A stretch of DNA of 64,000 nt from contig CM119265.1 in NCBI GenBank assembly GCA_051294375.1, positions 10,743,042-10,807,041 on the forward strand, written 5' to 3'. The notes below the pieces were generated by a model, which searched no databases, was not told the DNA's origin, and saw only the letters and a list, made by a program, of their open reading frames with translations. Each line of letters starts with the position of its first letter. The first letter of the stretch is position 1. This DNA is from Paraspadella gotoi (Eukaryota; Animalia; Chaetognatha). The position numbers were made by a program, and so were the translations under genes. Shown here piece after piece: positions 13,365 to 25,700 of the stretch.

Positions 13365-13616
13365 AGCTAAAAATTTAAGTGGAACCAAAAAGAAAATTTA
13401 ACGATCACAGATTTGTTTTAAAAATTGGGCGTGGAAAATGACCATTTTTTGTTGATTATTTTTCAACGCGTGGGTCGATTGATTTGAAATGTTACATCAA
13501 CAATATTGACATCATTTCCTATCAGTAAATGTAAAAATATTTTAAAATAACATTATAAACGACCAGATAACTTGTCTATCTACAAAGATGGAACCGGATC
13601 AGAGGCTCGGGAAGAA

Positions 13617-14392
13617 ATTCTATCATGTTGCTCCTCTCCACCACGCAGATGCTCTTTTGTTCCAGATGTCGTGTGTCCACAAGAAATACAAAAGATTATC
13701 GGCGGGCGCACAGACTCTCAGGCGTCAGAAATTCAGCCTTCTCTCTCATTGCCAAGAGTTGAAGATTCTCCACTGGTTCCCGTTACGAAAGGGCTTGGAA
13801 GTTCTTCGTCTCTTTCCTTCGAGGTCGGGACCTTCGAGGAGATCAAGCTTCTGTGAAGGATGTGCTGGATTATCTCGCCCATCTTAGTGACAACAGATTG
13901 TCCTATAGCACCATCAATTTGCATAGATCGGCGATTTCTGCGACTTTGCCTTTGGTGGAGGGTGCTCCTATCGGTCAGCACCCATTGGTTTGCCGTCTAC
14001 TCAAAGGAGTTTTTCAGCTATGGCCTCCTTCGCGCCGGATCTACCCAGCTTGGAGTGTGGCTGCGGTTTTGCGCGTTTTTGATGTGATGCCATTTCCTTT
14101 TTCACCTTATGATATTTTACGCAAGACTTTGTTTCTTCTTGCTTTGGCTTCCATCAGGCGACCTTCTGAATTGGTCTCCTTGCGATGTGGTCCGGACCAC
14201 ATGTTTTTGGTTGAGGATCACATATGTTTCGTGCCCTCCAGGCTTTCCAAGACGGATCGGATTCGTCATCTTGGCCCTGTTTTTCGTTTGGATCGACTGA
14301 CCGGTTCTGTTTGATGCCCGGTCCTGGCCTTGCGTTCCTGGTCAGACAAGTTCTACGGCCTCAGCACAATTTTCTTTTCTCTTCCCCGGCGG
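13617..14392 (+). mobile_element. DIRS miniature element, 5' half, with tyrosine recombinase ORF 13853-14314
   Basis: YSTINLHRSAIS...IGQHPLVCRLLKG...W.V..VL...KTLFLLALASIRRPSEL...LSKT is the DIRS YR N-terminal/catalytic region (catalytic R and K). Left ITR from 13617. Confidence 0.85.
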
Positions 14393-15067
14393 CATTCCGC
14401 GACGCCCACGTCGGTGTCCTCGATCACGCCAGCACTCCGACGCGGGACCATCCAAACCGGGCAGAAAGAGAACCAAGGGCCTCGGCCGCAAAGCAACCAA
14501 GACAATGACAAGACTCCTCCGGGCCATCTTCCCGCGAAAAGAATCGCGACGATGAATTTAAAATTGAACTTTTTGATTTTACGCCCCACTCGATTCTCGC
14601 CCGTTTAGTGTGATTTTTGACGGCTCAAAACCCCAAATATGATTTCCCCACCCCATTCACCAATATCGGGGGACGATTCATCTTTCACGCCTCCAATCGA
14701 CTGGCGACCGAACGGAAACGCCTCCACGATCAATCTTTCACCATGAACCTTAAGATTAGCTTTTTTACTTATCGGTACTTTGGTTGACAATCTTTCTGAA
14801 AAGTTTTCGCAATTTAGTGGTTTACACATATTTTTAAACTTCTATTTAATAAATCCGTTAGATCGTCTGCAGAGTAATGAGTTTTTTTGCCATGGGAAAT
14901 TAGATTTGTAACTCTGCGGCAAATTCCATTAATTTGGTCCGTCAGAAGGAAATCCCGGTTTTTAAGCTTCCAGATAATTTGTTTGTTTAGAAGTGTAAAA
15001 CCAGTTGAAAATTTTTTAGCACGAGTTTCGCAAAGGTTTGCTTTTTGTTTGTGACATTTTTAGTTAT

Positions 15068-16212
15068 TCAATTGTCGCGTTCAGGATCTACGCCTCGTTT
15101 GGCCGTTGCTCTTTCGGCAGCAAACGCGGGAACGGCGCAGACACCGCAGAGAGAGTAGGTCGTATCGCCATTCCGCCAGCTTCTCGATGTTCGGTGGCTG
15201 CGAATGGATGATTTCCTGTAGTTCAGCGTTGTTAGAATTCCGACGCCGTCGTTAGTATTGTATTTCTCAACCACTGCGTCAGGCGAGGAGCCAGACAAAC
15301 ATGAAGGCTTTCTGGCGCTTTCTTCTTCGAACGGGCGCGTCCTTTCCGACGCGCTTAGCCAAGTCTCCTTCGACTGTTCTCGGTCTCGGGGATTCTCTCC
15401 TACCCAAAGTTTAACCTTCGTGGCAAGCGTCTCTTCAAGCGATTGCAGCAACTCGGAGCGGAGCCTTTCCAAAGAGCTTGGACTTGCGACGATCAACACG
15501 GCATCTTGGGGTCGGATGGCTGCTGTCGCGGCTCCCTTGGATCAGCGCTTCAAGGCTTATCTCTCCCACAGCGTTTCCACAGCCAGATGGTGTTGATCCC
15601 AATGCGCCGGACGGGTCCCTGTCTACCTTCGCTTTTAATGTCGAGTGTGTTGCCCGACGTAGTGAGGCATAACGTTGTTGCCACTCCAACGAGTCAAACG
15701 AGCGGTCCTCGGCTGAATCTTCCATTTCAGCGAGAATTTACTGCAATGATCGGCGTCACCGAGCTCTGGAACATTGGAAGATGACGTCAATGATTTGCAT
15801 TCGTGTGATTCTGGTATTTCGTATCGACCGGTGACGTCGTTGTTATTCCGTCCCCGCAATTCCGAGGAAAGCGGTCTCGCGTTTTTTTTGCAACTGGCTC
15901 AACCTCGATCCGTCGGAAAGTTTCGCCTTTCGCGCCAATAACCGGCATGGTATTACACGAGCCGTTTGCCCAATCCACTGTTTCCGTCCTTACCTCGTCG
16001 AAAATTATCTCGATATGCAACGGATTCCTCTGCCATCTACTTTTGGGAACTCCTAGCGGCTTTCACGGACGACGAAAACAGAAAAGAAAAGCCTCGAGGG
16101 TTTCTCCACTCCTGAAGGAACCCAAGATTTGTGATTACTGCACCGGATGGGGCACTGCGTCGAAGTGCTCCATTGATTTTCCACATGCCGCTAAGCAAAG
16201 TTCCGTTCGCAT
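15068..16212 (-). CDS. Probable intronless gene broken by frameshifts, product unidentified
   Basis: ~1.1-kb GC-rich block covered by overlapping minus-strand ORFs (15068-15499, 15435-15725, 15635-15859, 15787-16020). ATG near 16212. Confidence 0.4.
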
Positions 16213-16300
16213 ATTTGTCATCTTAGTGGGTAATTTTTTTTTGGGTGAAAAAGGGTCCATTTGATGCAGTTTTAAGAAAATTAATTTTTATTTTAAACAG

Positions 16301-16981
16301 ATATCTTTTTGATCTCATCCCGCGCTACAACTCGCTATTCTCCATAGCTTCTTCCGCCGAGGAAGACGGGGACGTCTTGGAAATCCTTGTCGCGGTGGTC
16401 AATACCGGACCAAGTATAATGGAGCGCGATCGTGTTCTGTTCAATTTGGCTCGCCCTTCGCCGCCCGGCAATGACTGCACGCCTTTTGTGGACTTGCGAA
16501 GGAACCCATCGACTTCCCGCGCCATTCGACGCGCTCATAATGATCGGTCCCGGAACTGGAGTAGCGCCGTTTCGCAGCCTCATCCACGAGCGGACCCTCA
16601 CTGCCGAGACCAAACAGAAGCAACTTGTTTCTTTTTTTTCGGATGCCGGTCACGAGACGAAAACTGTTACTGCGCCGAAGAGTGGGCCAGTCCTCTTCAG
16701 GTTCCAAGGACTTCTTCGAATTTTCACCGCTTTTCTCGAGACGGCGATGAAAGGTCTACGTGCAGACAAACTGTTGGAGGAATCTCGCTGTTTGGCAACT
16801 GTACACACAAAGGGAGGCATCGTATGTTTTTTTAGCCGGAAAACGCCAAGCGAATACCCGAGACATTTGGCGATTTCGGAAAATTGTAGTGAAGGAAGAA
16901 GATTATCTGAGCTCGAAGACTGAACGTAAAAATTTAAAAGACATGGAAAGAACGGAACAATCAACAGAAAACGTGGTCTGA
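16301..16981 (+). CDS. NDOR1: NADPH-dependent diflavin oxidoreductase 1 (NR1), terminal exon (FNR-like FAD/NADPH domain), many indels
   Basis: Motifs across frames: YLFDLIP..FSIASS, LEILVAVV, IMIGPGTGVAPFRS, FFGCR, FTAFSR, KVYVQ, LAG, C-terminal TWS-stop. Acceptor aaacag at 16300. Confidence 0.8.
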
Positions 16982-17084
16982 CTGTTTGAAAAATTTACTT
17001 ATTCTTTTAATTTTTAAATTTTAATTTTACATCATATAGAAAACATTGTTTTGTTTTTTTTTATTTTTTAGATAAAAGTAAAAA

Positions 17085-18116
17085 TGTATTCTCAAAAACG
17101 ATCGTTGCTTTTTTTCTCCTTGTCGCGATTTTCAGGCGAGTATTGATAATAATTAATAACCTTTAAAGAGGCTTTAAAGAGGCTTTTAAAGTGAAAGGGG
17201 AGGGTTATTGAATATGAACTTTTTTAGCATGCACATGCCTACGAAAGCTTCACCGCCACTTCCGTGTATAAAATTGGAATCTGTCAGATCTCACATGCAT
17301 AGCGTTAATAGCCGAATATTGGATTATGTCCATTCCAAAGAAAAACTTGTTTTCTCACAAGGTATTTGGATCTTCGGGGGATAATTAAACTTGCATTGTT
17401 TTTACTTGTTTAATAGATTTGGTTTAAAAAAAGGTTTCTACAGTTTTTGTTTTAGGTTCCATTCCTGGTTTCCAGAGCCTTTGTCGAACTACATGGATGC
17501 GCAATTACTATGTCGATATCTGGGTTACGCCCACCACAATTCTTTTTAAAGTTATTTCGATACAGGTGGATTCAAAACCATTAAAATATATTTTTTATTT
17601 TATCTATTAGCTGTTTCCTAAATCTAGGTCGTCACTCTCGTGGGTGCAGTCAAAAAATGTTCTCTAACGACATTGCCTGCCTGCTCATAAACAAGTACAA
17701 CAGTTGTCCGCTTCGTCGACGTACGTCAAAAACGGCACGACTGTCGCATTCCGTTATGGGACCGGAAGTCTTCAAGGTTTCTATCCACCGAACACCACTG
17801 ACAAATTGGAGGCGTCGCCCGTCAAGGGGCAACTTTGCTGTAGGCTACAACGTGGAACCCAGGCCTTACTTTTGTCGCCGCCAAATTCGACGGCATTCTC
17901 GGAATGGGTGTGCGTTGTGATGATTTTGATCATTAGTTGCATACATACAGTATTTGGTTTTATTTATAATATTAAATGGGTATATTTTATTTAAGGTATG
18001 AACAAATATGCCGTGGGATGGTGGTTGTTCCTCTTTTACAACATGGTTTCCCAGGAAGCTGGTTCCTTCGCCCGTTTTTCTTTTTATTTGAGTCGGATCC
18101 AGGGCCAAGAAAGGAG
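17085..18116 (+). CDS. CTSD: Cathepsin D-like aspartic protease, 5' exons (partial, many indels)
   Basis: PEPLSNYMDAQ...FDTG (17475-17565), DIACLL..KY..SSTYVKNGT..F.YGTGSL.GF, PGLTFVAAKFDGILGMG, V.P.FYNMVSQ..FSFYL. Continuation lost after the DIRS insertion and gap. Confidence 0.8.
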
Positions 18117-18188
18117 GTAACTTTGATGGACGATGTTTACTATGTAAATAATTGTATCAATAGGATAATTGAGATTTATAATTATTTT

Positions 18189-18621
18189 AATTTATGGTTC
18201 CAAGTGGAACCGGGATTCTTCATGGCTCCTCTCCACCACGCCAATGCTCTTTTGTTCCAGATGTCGTGTGTCCACAAGAAGACAAAGAGAAAAGCAGAAG
18301 GAGCAGACTCCTCCTCCTCTCCTCCTCTTCCTCCTCTCAGCTCCATCTTCCAGGATGCATCGGAAAGAGAAAATCACTCATCCACAAGACCCCGCTGAGA
18401 GAAACCCCAAGCCGACTCCCGACAATAAAAGCGGAAGAAAGTCTGAGCGCGCCGACCAATCTCCAGCACGAAGAATGACGTCCAAGTCCACTCCTTTAGC
18501 GAAGGCCTCTGAAACTGCCATAGCGCGAGTTGATCCAGGAGGCGCGTCAATGTCCGCATCTCTAAAGACTGACTTGATCAGAGCGGAAAAACGCTGGAGA
18601 GACAAAGGTCATGAGGCGGCG
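18189..18621 (-). mobile_element. DIRS miniature element, 3' half (YR C-terminus and right ITR), in a cathepsin D intron
   Basis: ORF 18378-18605 SVFRDADIDAPPGSTRAMAVSEAFAKGVDLDVILRAGDWS. Ends ...GGTTCCACTTGGAACCATAAATT like the 8972 end. Confidence 0.8.
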
Positions 18622-19543
18622 NNNNNNNNNNNNNNNNNNNNNNNNNGCTCTCTGATTGGTCGAGACTCAAATGGAAGCTGCCAATGGGTGAAGAGGCAGG
18701 AAACTTTGCCCACGTCTCTGATCCACAAGTGGGGTGTCAAATCCATTCCTGTCACCACATTTAAGTAAGTAGACGGGGATTTCAACATGAAACCAAGGTA
18801 AAATTTATTGATAAAAAAGAGATAAAAAGACGGTGTCAATTTTGGACAGAATGCTCAGATACAAGATCTACATCTATTTATACAGTGCAAGTGGATCAGA
18901 TCAGGCCTCTTCACCCATTGGCCGCTTCCATTTGGGTCTCGACCAATCAGAAAGATCAATTCCGGCAGTAAAGAAACCTAAAAAATTTGATCATTAAGTC
19001 AGTCAATGAACCCTTTCCAATGGGCTATTCGCGAATTTTTTTTTCTTAATTAAAACGATGAATTTCTAGAGTAATAGAATTAAATTGCCTTGTATAAAGG
19101 TTGTTATATTTAAAAGAAAATTGTTATTACAATAAACACAATGATGTCTTGCTTTGTCAAATATGTCGCCAGCAATGTCATTTTTTAAAATTTTATTATG
19201 ATAACAAGCAGCGTGTCAAGCTTTTTGTTTGCAGTTGTAGATAATGAAAAATGACAATTTTTTTTTTCACAGACAAGAAGGTAGACGTTCAGACTGTTTA
19301 TATCAATCTGAAAATATTTTTTATTTATCATTTTTCATATTTAAAAAAACATTTATCCCAGCTACTTCATAAATTTTTGCTTGTTTTTACTTTAACTAAA
19401 AATACAAGCAAATTTAATGGTAATCAAAATGTAATTTAGTCTTTCTCCTTTTCAATTACGAAAGAAGAAAAAAAATTTACATGCCTTCATTGAAATTTTT
19501 ATGCAAAAAACTGTTATACTTTTAACTCCGATTTAAATAAAAA

Positions 19544-20511
19544 NNNNNNNNNNNNNNNNNNNNNNNNNNNNNNNNNNNNNNNNNNNNNNNNNNNNNNNNN
19601 NNNNNNNNNNNNNNNNNNNNNNNNNNNNNNNNNNNNNNNNNNNNNNNNNNNNNNNNNNNNNNNNNNNNNNNNNNNNNNNNNNNNNNNNNNNNNNNNNNNN
19701 NNNNNNNNNNNNNNNNNNNNNNNNNNNNNNNNNNNNNNNNNNNNNNNNNNNNNNNNNNNNNNNNNNNNNNNNNNNNNNNNNNNNNNNNNNNNNNNNNNNN
19801 NNNNNNNNNNNNNNNNNNNNNNNNNNNNNNNNNNNNNNNNNNNNNNNNNNNNNNNNNNNNNNNNNNNNNNNNNNNNNNNNNNNNNNNNNNNNNNNNNNNN
19901 NNNNNNNNNNNNNNNNNNNNNNNNNNNNNNNNNNNNNNNNNNNNNNNNNNNNNNNNNNNNNNNNNNNNNNNNNNNNNNNNNNNNNNNNNNNNNNNNNNNN
20001 NNNNNNNNNNNNNNNNNNNNNNNNNNNNNNNNNNNNNNNNNNNNNNNNNNNNNNNNNNNNNNNNNNNNNNNNNNNNNNNNNNNNNNNNNNNNNNNNNNNN
20101 NNNNNNNNNNNNNNNNNNNNNNNNNNNNNNNNNNNNNNNNNNNNNNNNNNNNNNNNNNNNNNNNNNNNNNNNNNNNNNNNNNNNNNNNNNNNNNNNNNNN
20201 NNNNNNNNNNNNNNNNNNNNNNNNNNNNNNNNNNNNNNNNNNNNNNNNNNNNNNNNNNNNNNNNNNNNNNNNNNNNNNNNNNNNNNNNNNNNNNNNNNNN
20301 NNNNNNNNNNNNNNNNNNNNNNNNNNNNNNNNNNNNNNNNNNNNNNNNNNNNNNNNNNNNNNNNNNNNNNNNNNNNNNNNNNNNNNNNNNNNNNNNNNNN
20401 NNNNNNNNNNNNNNNNNNNNNNNNNNNNNNNNNNNNNNNNNNNNNNNNNNNNNNNNNNNNNNNNNNNNNNNNNNNNNNNNNNNNNNNNNNNNNNNNNNNN
20501 NNNNNNNNNNN
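19544..20511. other. Assembly gap (968 N)
   Basis: N run. Confidence 0.98.
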
Positions 20512-21324
20512 CCCATTTCACAAGACATAAAAGGTCATGATTATCGTGTCAATATGTCCAGATAATCTGTATCCTTTCAGCAACCTGCATTCTGAATTTT
20601 CTTTTTTTACCTTTCAAATGTATTAAATAAAAAAAATTATTTAGAGAACGATCAGTGTGGAGGATGCTATTGGTAAGCCTTAGTTACCCCACTTCCCGAT
20701 GGAATTTTTAAACGAGGTTTTTTCCCCATCTATTCGAGACATAACACTAACTATTGGTACTATTATTTTTTTTATTTTTTTCATGAAATTTTGCGTAATC
20801 AGAGAAACGTTTAGCGTGTCAAAAAATATGGAAAAAAAAGAGAAAAACGTTTTGACAAATTTAAAAATTTATGGAGGAATCTAATTTTGGTAATTTCTTC
20901 CCGAGCCTCTGATCCGGTTCCATCTCTGTATCAGAGCTCAATTCCATTTCGGTGATTTCTCCCGGAGCTTCCGATCCGGTTCCATTTCTGTATCTCCTGT
21001 AATAACCAAAAAAAAAAATTTTAAAACAATTTTTGACCATTTTTTGCCCCCATGGGTGACCCCCCGGGGGGCCCATATCTCGGCTCAGCGGTCAAATATT
21101 GTTTTATTAGTATTCACATAGGGATCGTTCATTCCAAATTTCAATAAATTTGGTCCAGTAGTTTTCTCGGAACGAGTTCTGGTCACAAAAAAGGGGGTAC
21201 CTCATTTTATATGTTTTATTTTATATGTTTTATTTTATATGTTCGTCCACAATATGAAGCTTTCTGTAATGCAAAAAAAAATTATACTGAATTTTGCAAA
21301 ATATTCCATTTTTTGGTTCGTCAG

Positions 21325-21723
21325 AACGAAGCTGGATCCGCCGCCATCACTCTCGACGATACCGCCATCGATTTGCTCAAACCATCCGGCTTCGATCCAT
21401 CGGCGTTTCGTTCGCTACCAGCGACGCCGGCTCCTCACGCGCCGAGTGCGGCGTCGGCCCCAGCTCTCGACGCCAACGAACCGCTCGTAGTGATTTCGAG
21501 CGAAATTCAGCCACCACCTTCGCCGTCTGTGACGAATTCTCTGTTACCGCCAACGATTCGAGTGACACAGGCCACGCCCACGAGTCCCGGCGCTAAGATC
21601 CATTCCATCCCACAACTTCCGGGGCCGCCTTACTTCTCGTCTCGTCGAGGCTCAAACGCCGGATCGACGTCGTTGCCGACGCAGCCCGCCGATCCCACCG
21701 GGCGGGACGATTTGTTGGAATGA
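21325..21723 (+). CDS. Terminal Pro/Ser-rich exon, probably of the same gene as 5156-5583
   Basis: Acceptor ttcgtcag, phase 0, open to TGA at 21723 (NEAGSAAITLDD...RDDLLE). Convergent with ARAP copy A. Confidence 0.6.
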   Translation, partial: NEAGSAAITLDDTAIDLLKPSGFDPSAFRSLPATPAPHAPSAASAPALDANEPLVVISSEIQPPPSPSVTNSLLPPTIRVTQATPTSPGAKIHSIPQLPGPPYFSSRRGSNAGSTSLPTQPADPTGRDDLLE

Positions 21724-22703
21724 AACGTCACGGCTCTATGAAAAGGTTCGCGGAACAACGTTGTGTGCGAGAAACCATAAAAAAACTATGGAAAAGATCA
21801 TCCAAAGAAATAACTAAACTGACGATGATTTGGCGGGAGAGTCCATTCGAAAGCAATGTCTAGCGATTAAAATTCCGACCATACGAATTTCATTTTTTAC
21901 ATTTTTTCGTTCAATATATATTAAAAAAATGACGATTTATACTATAAATTATAGTTGCCTTTATCGTAGCGCCCCGATCGTATTCCGCGGGAATTTTCCT
22001 AGAGCGGTGACGCTCCAATCATCTTTCCTGTATTTATTTCTGGTGATTTTTCTTTTTATTTTTTGTGAACGTGTGTTTTTTTAAAGATTTTTCAATTTAT
22101 ACCCGTCATGCCTCATGGTTGGTTTTAAATTCACGGTTTGTTTAAGATCCAGTTTAAGGGGATAAAAATCATTGGAATTTACCGTGGTAGTTTCACGGGA
22201 ATTTATGGTTATAGTTATATTCCAGTTATATATTTAAGACTTAATTTTTTTTAAAAAAGGATGGTGCTTTCCTACAGTATTAGCATTTATCTACCTACTT
22301 GATTCACCAAAAGATTTTAACTGTAATTTAAAAAAATAACTTAGTTAAAGTATTATTGTGAAGAGACTTACTAAAGTGTGTTTGTTGTAAAAAGATATGA
22401 AAAAATTATTTTCGCGTTTTATTACCTTGTTATCAAAGGTCACATTTCTTAGCTAAAAAGGCATATATTTCGAATTAGATATCTACAGTTGAGGTAGTAA
22501 AAATATAAAAAAGCTTCACCTGGAACTCTCTTCGTCATTGAACCGAACACCAATATTTTATTTCGGTTTTACAGATAGGCTTTCCAATACTAGTATTTAA
22601 AAATAATATGCTCTGCTACATAGTTTGCTAATATGGAAATTAAGACAAGGCGGCAATAAAAGATATCAATGATAATTGGTCTTTACTTGATTGTCTACTG
22701 ATC

Positions 22704-25700
22704 TCATTCCCTCCTGTTGGCCATCCTTCTTTGCAGATCTTGCTCGACATTTTCTCTCAATAGTGAGACGGCGCCGGGAACGTGAGCCGGATGGTTCGGT
22801 CGTCTTGGTCCCATTCCATTCCTTGGGTCCACCGGCGGACGGGCGGAAGGCGCCGGAATGGAGTCGGGCGCGGAAAGAGCATGTCGTTTGGCGAGCAATA
22901 AGAAACCCGCCAACCATTGAAAATAAGTCATTGTGTCGGGAATGTCGAGGCTGTGACCCACGAAGGGGGTGTCCCTTGAGACGACGACCGGCTCTCCTCT
23001 GATTTAGAAGAAAGGCGGACGTGAGCGGTTTTAAAGTTTAAAAATGGCGTGGATCATCAGAGCATCAGAGTACTATCGACCTAATTTTTCATTTTTTAGT
23101 CCGATGCCAACGGAAGTAGGGAGTGCGGAACCTCAGTGACCGCCTCCTATCGCTGCCATGTTTAAATTGGCCTCGTCACGTTTAAGCCAAAACTAATATA
23201 TCATTTCGCCCGCTCAGCCATTCAGGGTAAGGACGGACAGCGGTGAGGCTGCAGTCGTAGACGGCAACCATTTTCGCTCTCCTTGGCTTCTAACCTTTTA
23301 ACGAAGGTGATTCCGGAAGACTTTGCAGCGCGAGATTTGTTCTGACGCGAACCACGGCGATCTAATCTTTTCTCTTCCACGCCGAGATAAAAGTTCAACT
23401 CCTTGACTTCCCATCGTTCTTGAGTAAAGAAAAAAGAATAAACATTAGTATATGGATTTACGTACAGCGGTACAGGAGCATGTTTTTTTATTTTTTTTTA
23501 TTTCGAATTAAATGGTGGACGAATAATTCTTCAAGGCAGACCAGACAGACAGAGAGGAAGAGGAAAAAATGGGGAGATAGAAAATGCACCTGAAAATAAA
23601 CCTATGAATTGCCAAATAATATTATTTAGAATTTGTGCATCTGTGCATCACAGCTAAAAGTTTCGTTGGATCAAAGAAACTAGACACGATCCAACCTATC
23701 GTCGATATTTCTATCCAGCACTCACCGTAAACTCGTTTATTTCTTCCGTACAAGACTAAGAAGTCTTGACTCAATTCCACAGAGTACGGCTTCCAATCTG
23801 TCTTCTCGCTAAAATAAATTTCTTCCGCTGTCAAGGACTCCGGAGCCGTCAGAAGATTCAACGAGCGCAACGTCTATAGCGAAAAAAGGGCTTATTTTTA
23901 CATTCGCCGACCGGGATTTTGCGGTCGGTTATTTTTTTTTTTCGCTTTGTATATAGAAATCTCGTTACGCAAAACTAAAAAAAGGACATTGGTAAGGGTA
24001 GTAAAACTTTTTATTGCAAAATCCTAACCACCCCTAATCCCTAACCAACCTTAACACAATTGCTAACCGTTTAAAAAAAATAATACAAAAATATTATTTT
24101 CCCTTCTTTTCATCGTTTGTTTACGTACAACGAATTTTATTCAGAAACATAAATTTCGGACTTTTTTTGGCTTCAATCAGCTTCATTAGCGCAAAAACGA
24201 ATTAATTTATAAAAAGAATATTTTTACAGACTATGAAGTTTGAAGAGAGAAAGAAAGAGTCAGTGAAAATATTTTTTTTATAAATAAATTCGTTTTTGCA
24301 CTGATAAAAGCTTACATTGAAGCTGAAACATGTCCAAAATTTGTTTCTTTATAAAACTCTTACATTTTGATGCTAGTGCGGAGTACAATATAGTATTCCC
24401 CGATCTAATACTTAAGGGAGTGGTCTTTTCATACAATTGAAACATTCTTTGAAATATTATACCACTTCATTGATAGGGAAGCCAGGTTCACTGGGAGTGA
24501 ATAAATAAGACTGTGAGAGAGTCTTGATTGAAAGCTTGCAGAAACCTGCTATGTTATTATCTTGTAAGTGTGATGGAGGCCTTAAACCACCAAAGCCTGT
24601 CCAAAGTCAGGGACAAGATAGCTTATTTATTAAATGAATGGATAATTTTTATATTGGTTGTACCAATTTCATAAACAAACAACTCATTTTCTACTTCAGA
24701 CATATAAAAATAGAAACTAAAATAAATTTAAAATTATTATTTATTATAAAATTTATATTGCTGAACAAAAAATAATATAGTGCGGAGTACAATAAGTATT
24801 CCCTGATCTAATACTTAAAGGAGTGGTCTTTTCATACAATTAAAACATTCTTTGAAATATTCTCCACTTCTTTGATTGAGAAGCCAGGTACTCTGGGAGT
24901 GAATAAACGAGACTGAGAGAGTCTTGATTGAAAGCTTGCAGGGATTATGTCATTATCTTGTAAGAGTGATGAAGGCCTTAAACTACCAAAGCCTGTCCTT
25001 ATTTATTAAATGAATGGATAATTTTTATATTGGTTGTAGCAATTTCATATATTATTGCCAAAGTGAGACTCGACGCTAGAGGGAAAACAAAATTATATAG
25101 ATTAACAAAGCACCGACCGGTGGTACCTAAGGTTGGTTACGGACGTCGAATAGTAAAGTTATCTGAAAAAAGATTAGTGACTGGCTGACTGCGGAATTCA
25201 TTTTCCTTAACCGATAATGAAAATCTCGTGTAGGTATAATGTTGAAAGAAAGTAACATCTGACGTCAAACATTTTGAGATTGCAAATCTCATTTTGACCT
25301 ATATTATCAACTCGTCTTCCCGAATTTTTTTAAAACAATGACAAACCTCTTTAACGTGGTTTCTCTTGACCACTAACTGAGGCAAGTCCTCCGCCGAGTT
25401 CAAACTCCAGATTTGCCATGTCGATATGAGGGCATAAACGTCCTCCTCGTAGTGGACGAGGCGTTCCAACTGATTATTGGCGAGGGATTCAAAGAGAGCG
25501 AAGCGCTTAGGATCCGATTGCGTGACGCCGGCACCGGTTAAGGCTTGATACGTCGTTTCATGGGCCGACATTCCGGGCAGCAGCCGAATCTGGGGTGATT
25601 GGTTTATCGACGATCAAGGTTCAGTTAAGAATTTGCAAAGAATATAGCAGTTTGTGGTATTGCGGTTTATTCGCACTGCCTCACTTTCAGCTTCGTTCAC

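Noticed and set aside
12465-13388. Long ORFs of 270-335 aa (also 19514-20528)
   Set aside because: They are translations of N runs.
13853-14314. Phage integrase or bacterial contamination
   Set aside because: The motifs and ITRs are those of eukaryotic DIRS recombinases, and the context is intron-containing animal genes.
16301-18116. NDOR1 and cathepsin D as pseudogenes
   Set aside because: Motifs are intact while indels are dense, and the surrounding sequence is equally noisy. Sequencing error cannot be separated from decay.
23295-23418. Suspected frameshift in the ARAP-A PH5 exon
   Set aside because: Recounting the A-run shows the frame is open (YLGVEEKRLDRR...SGITFVK).
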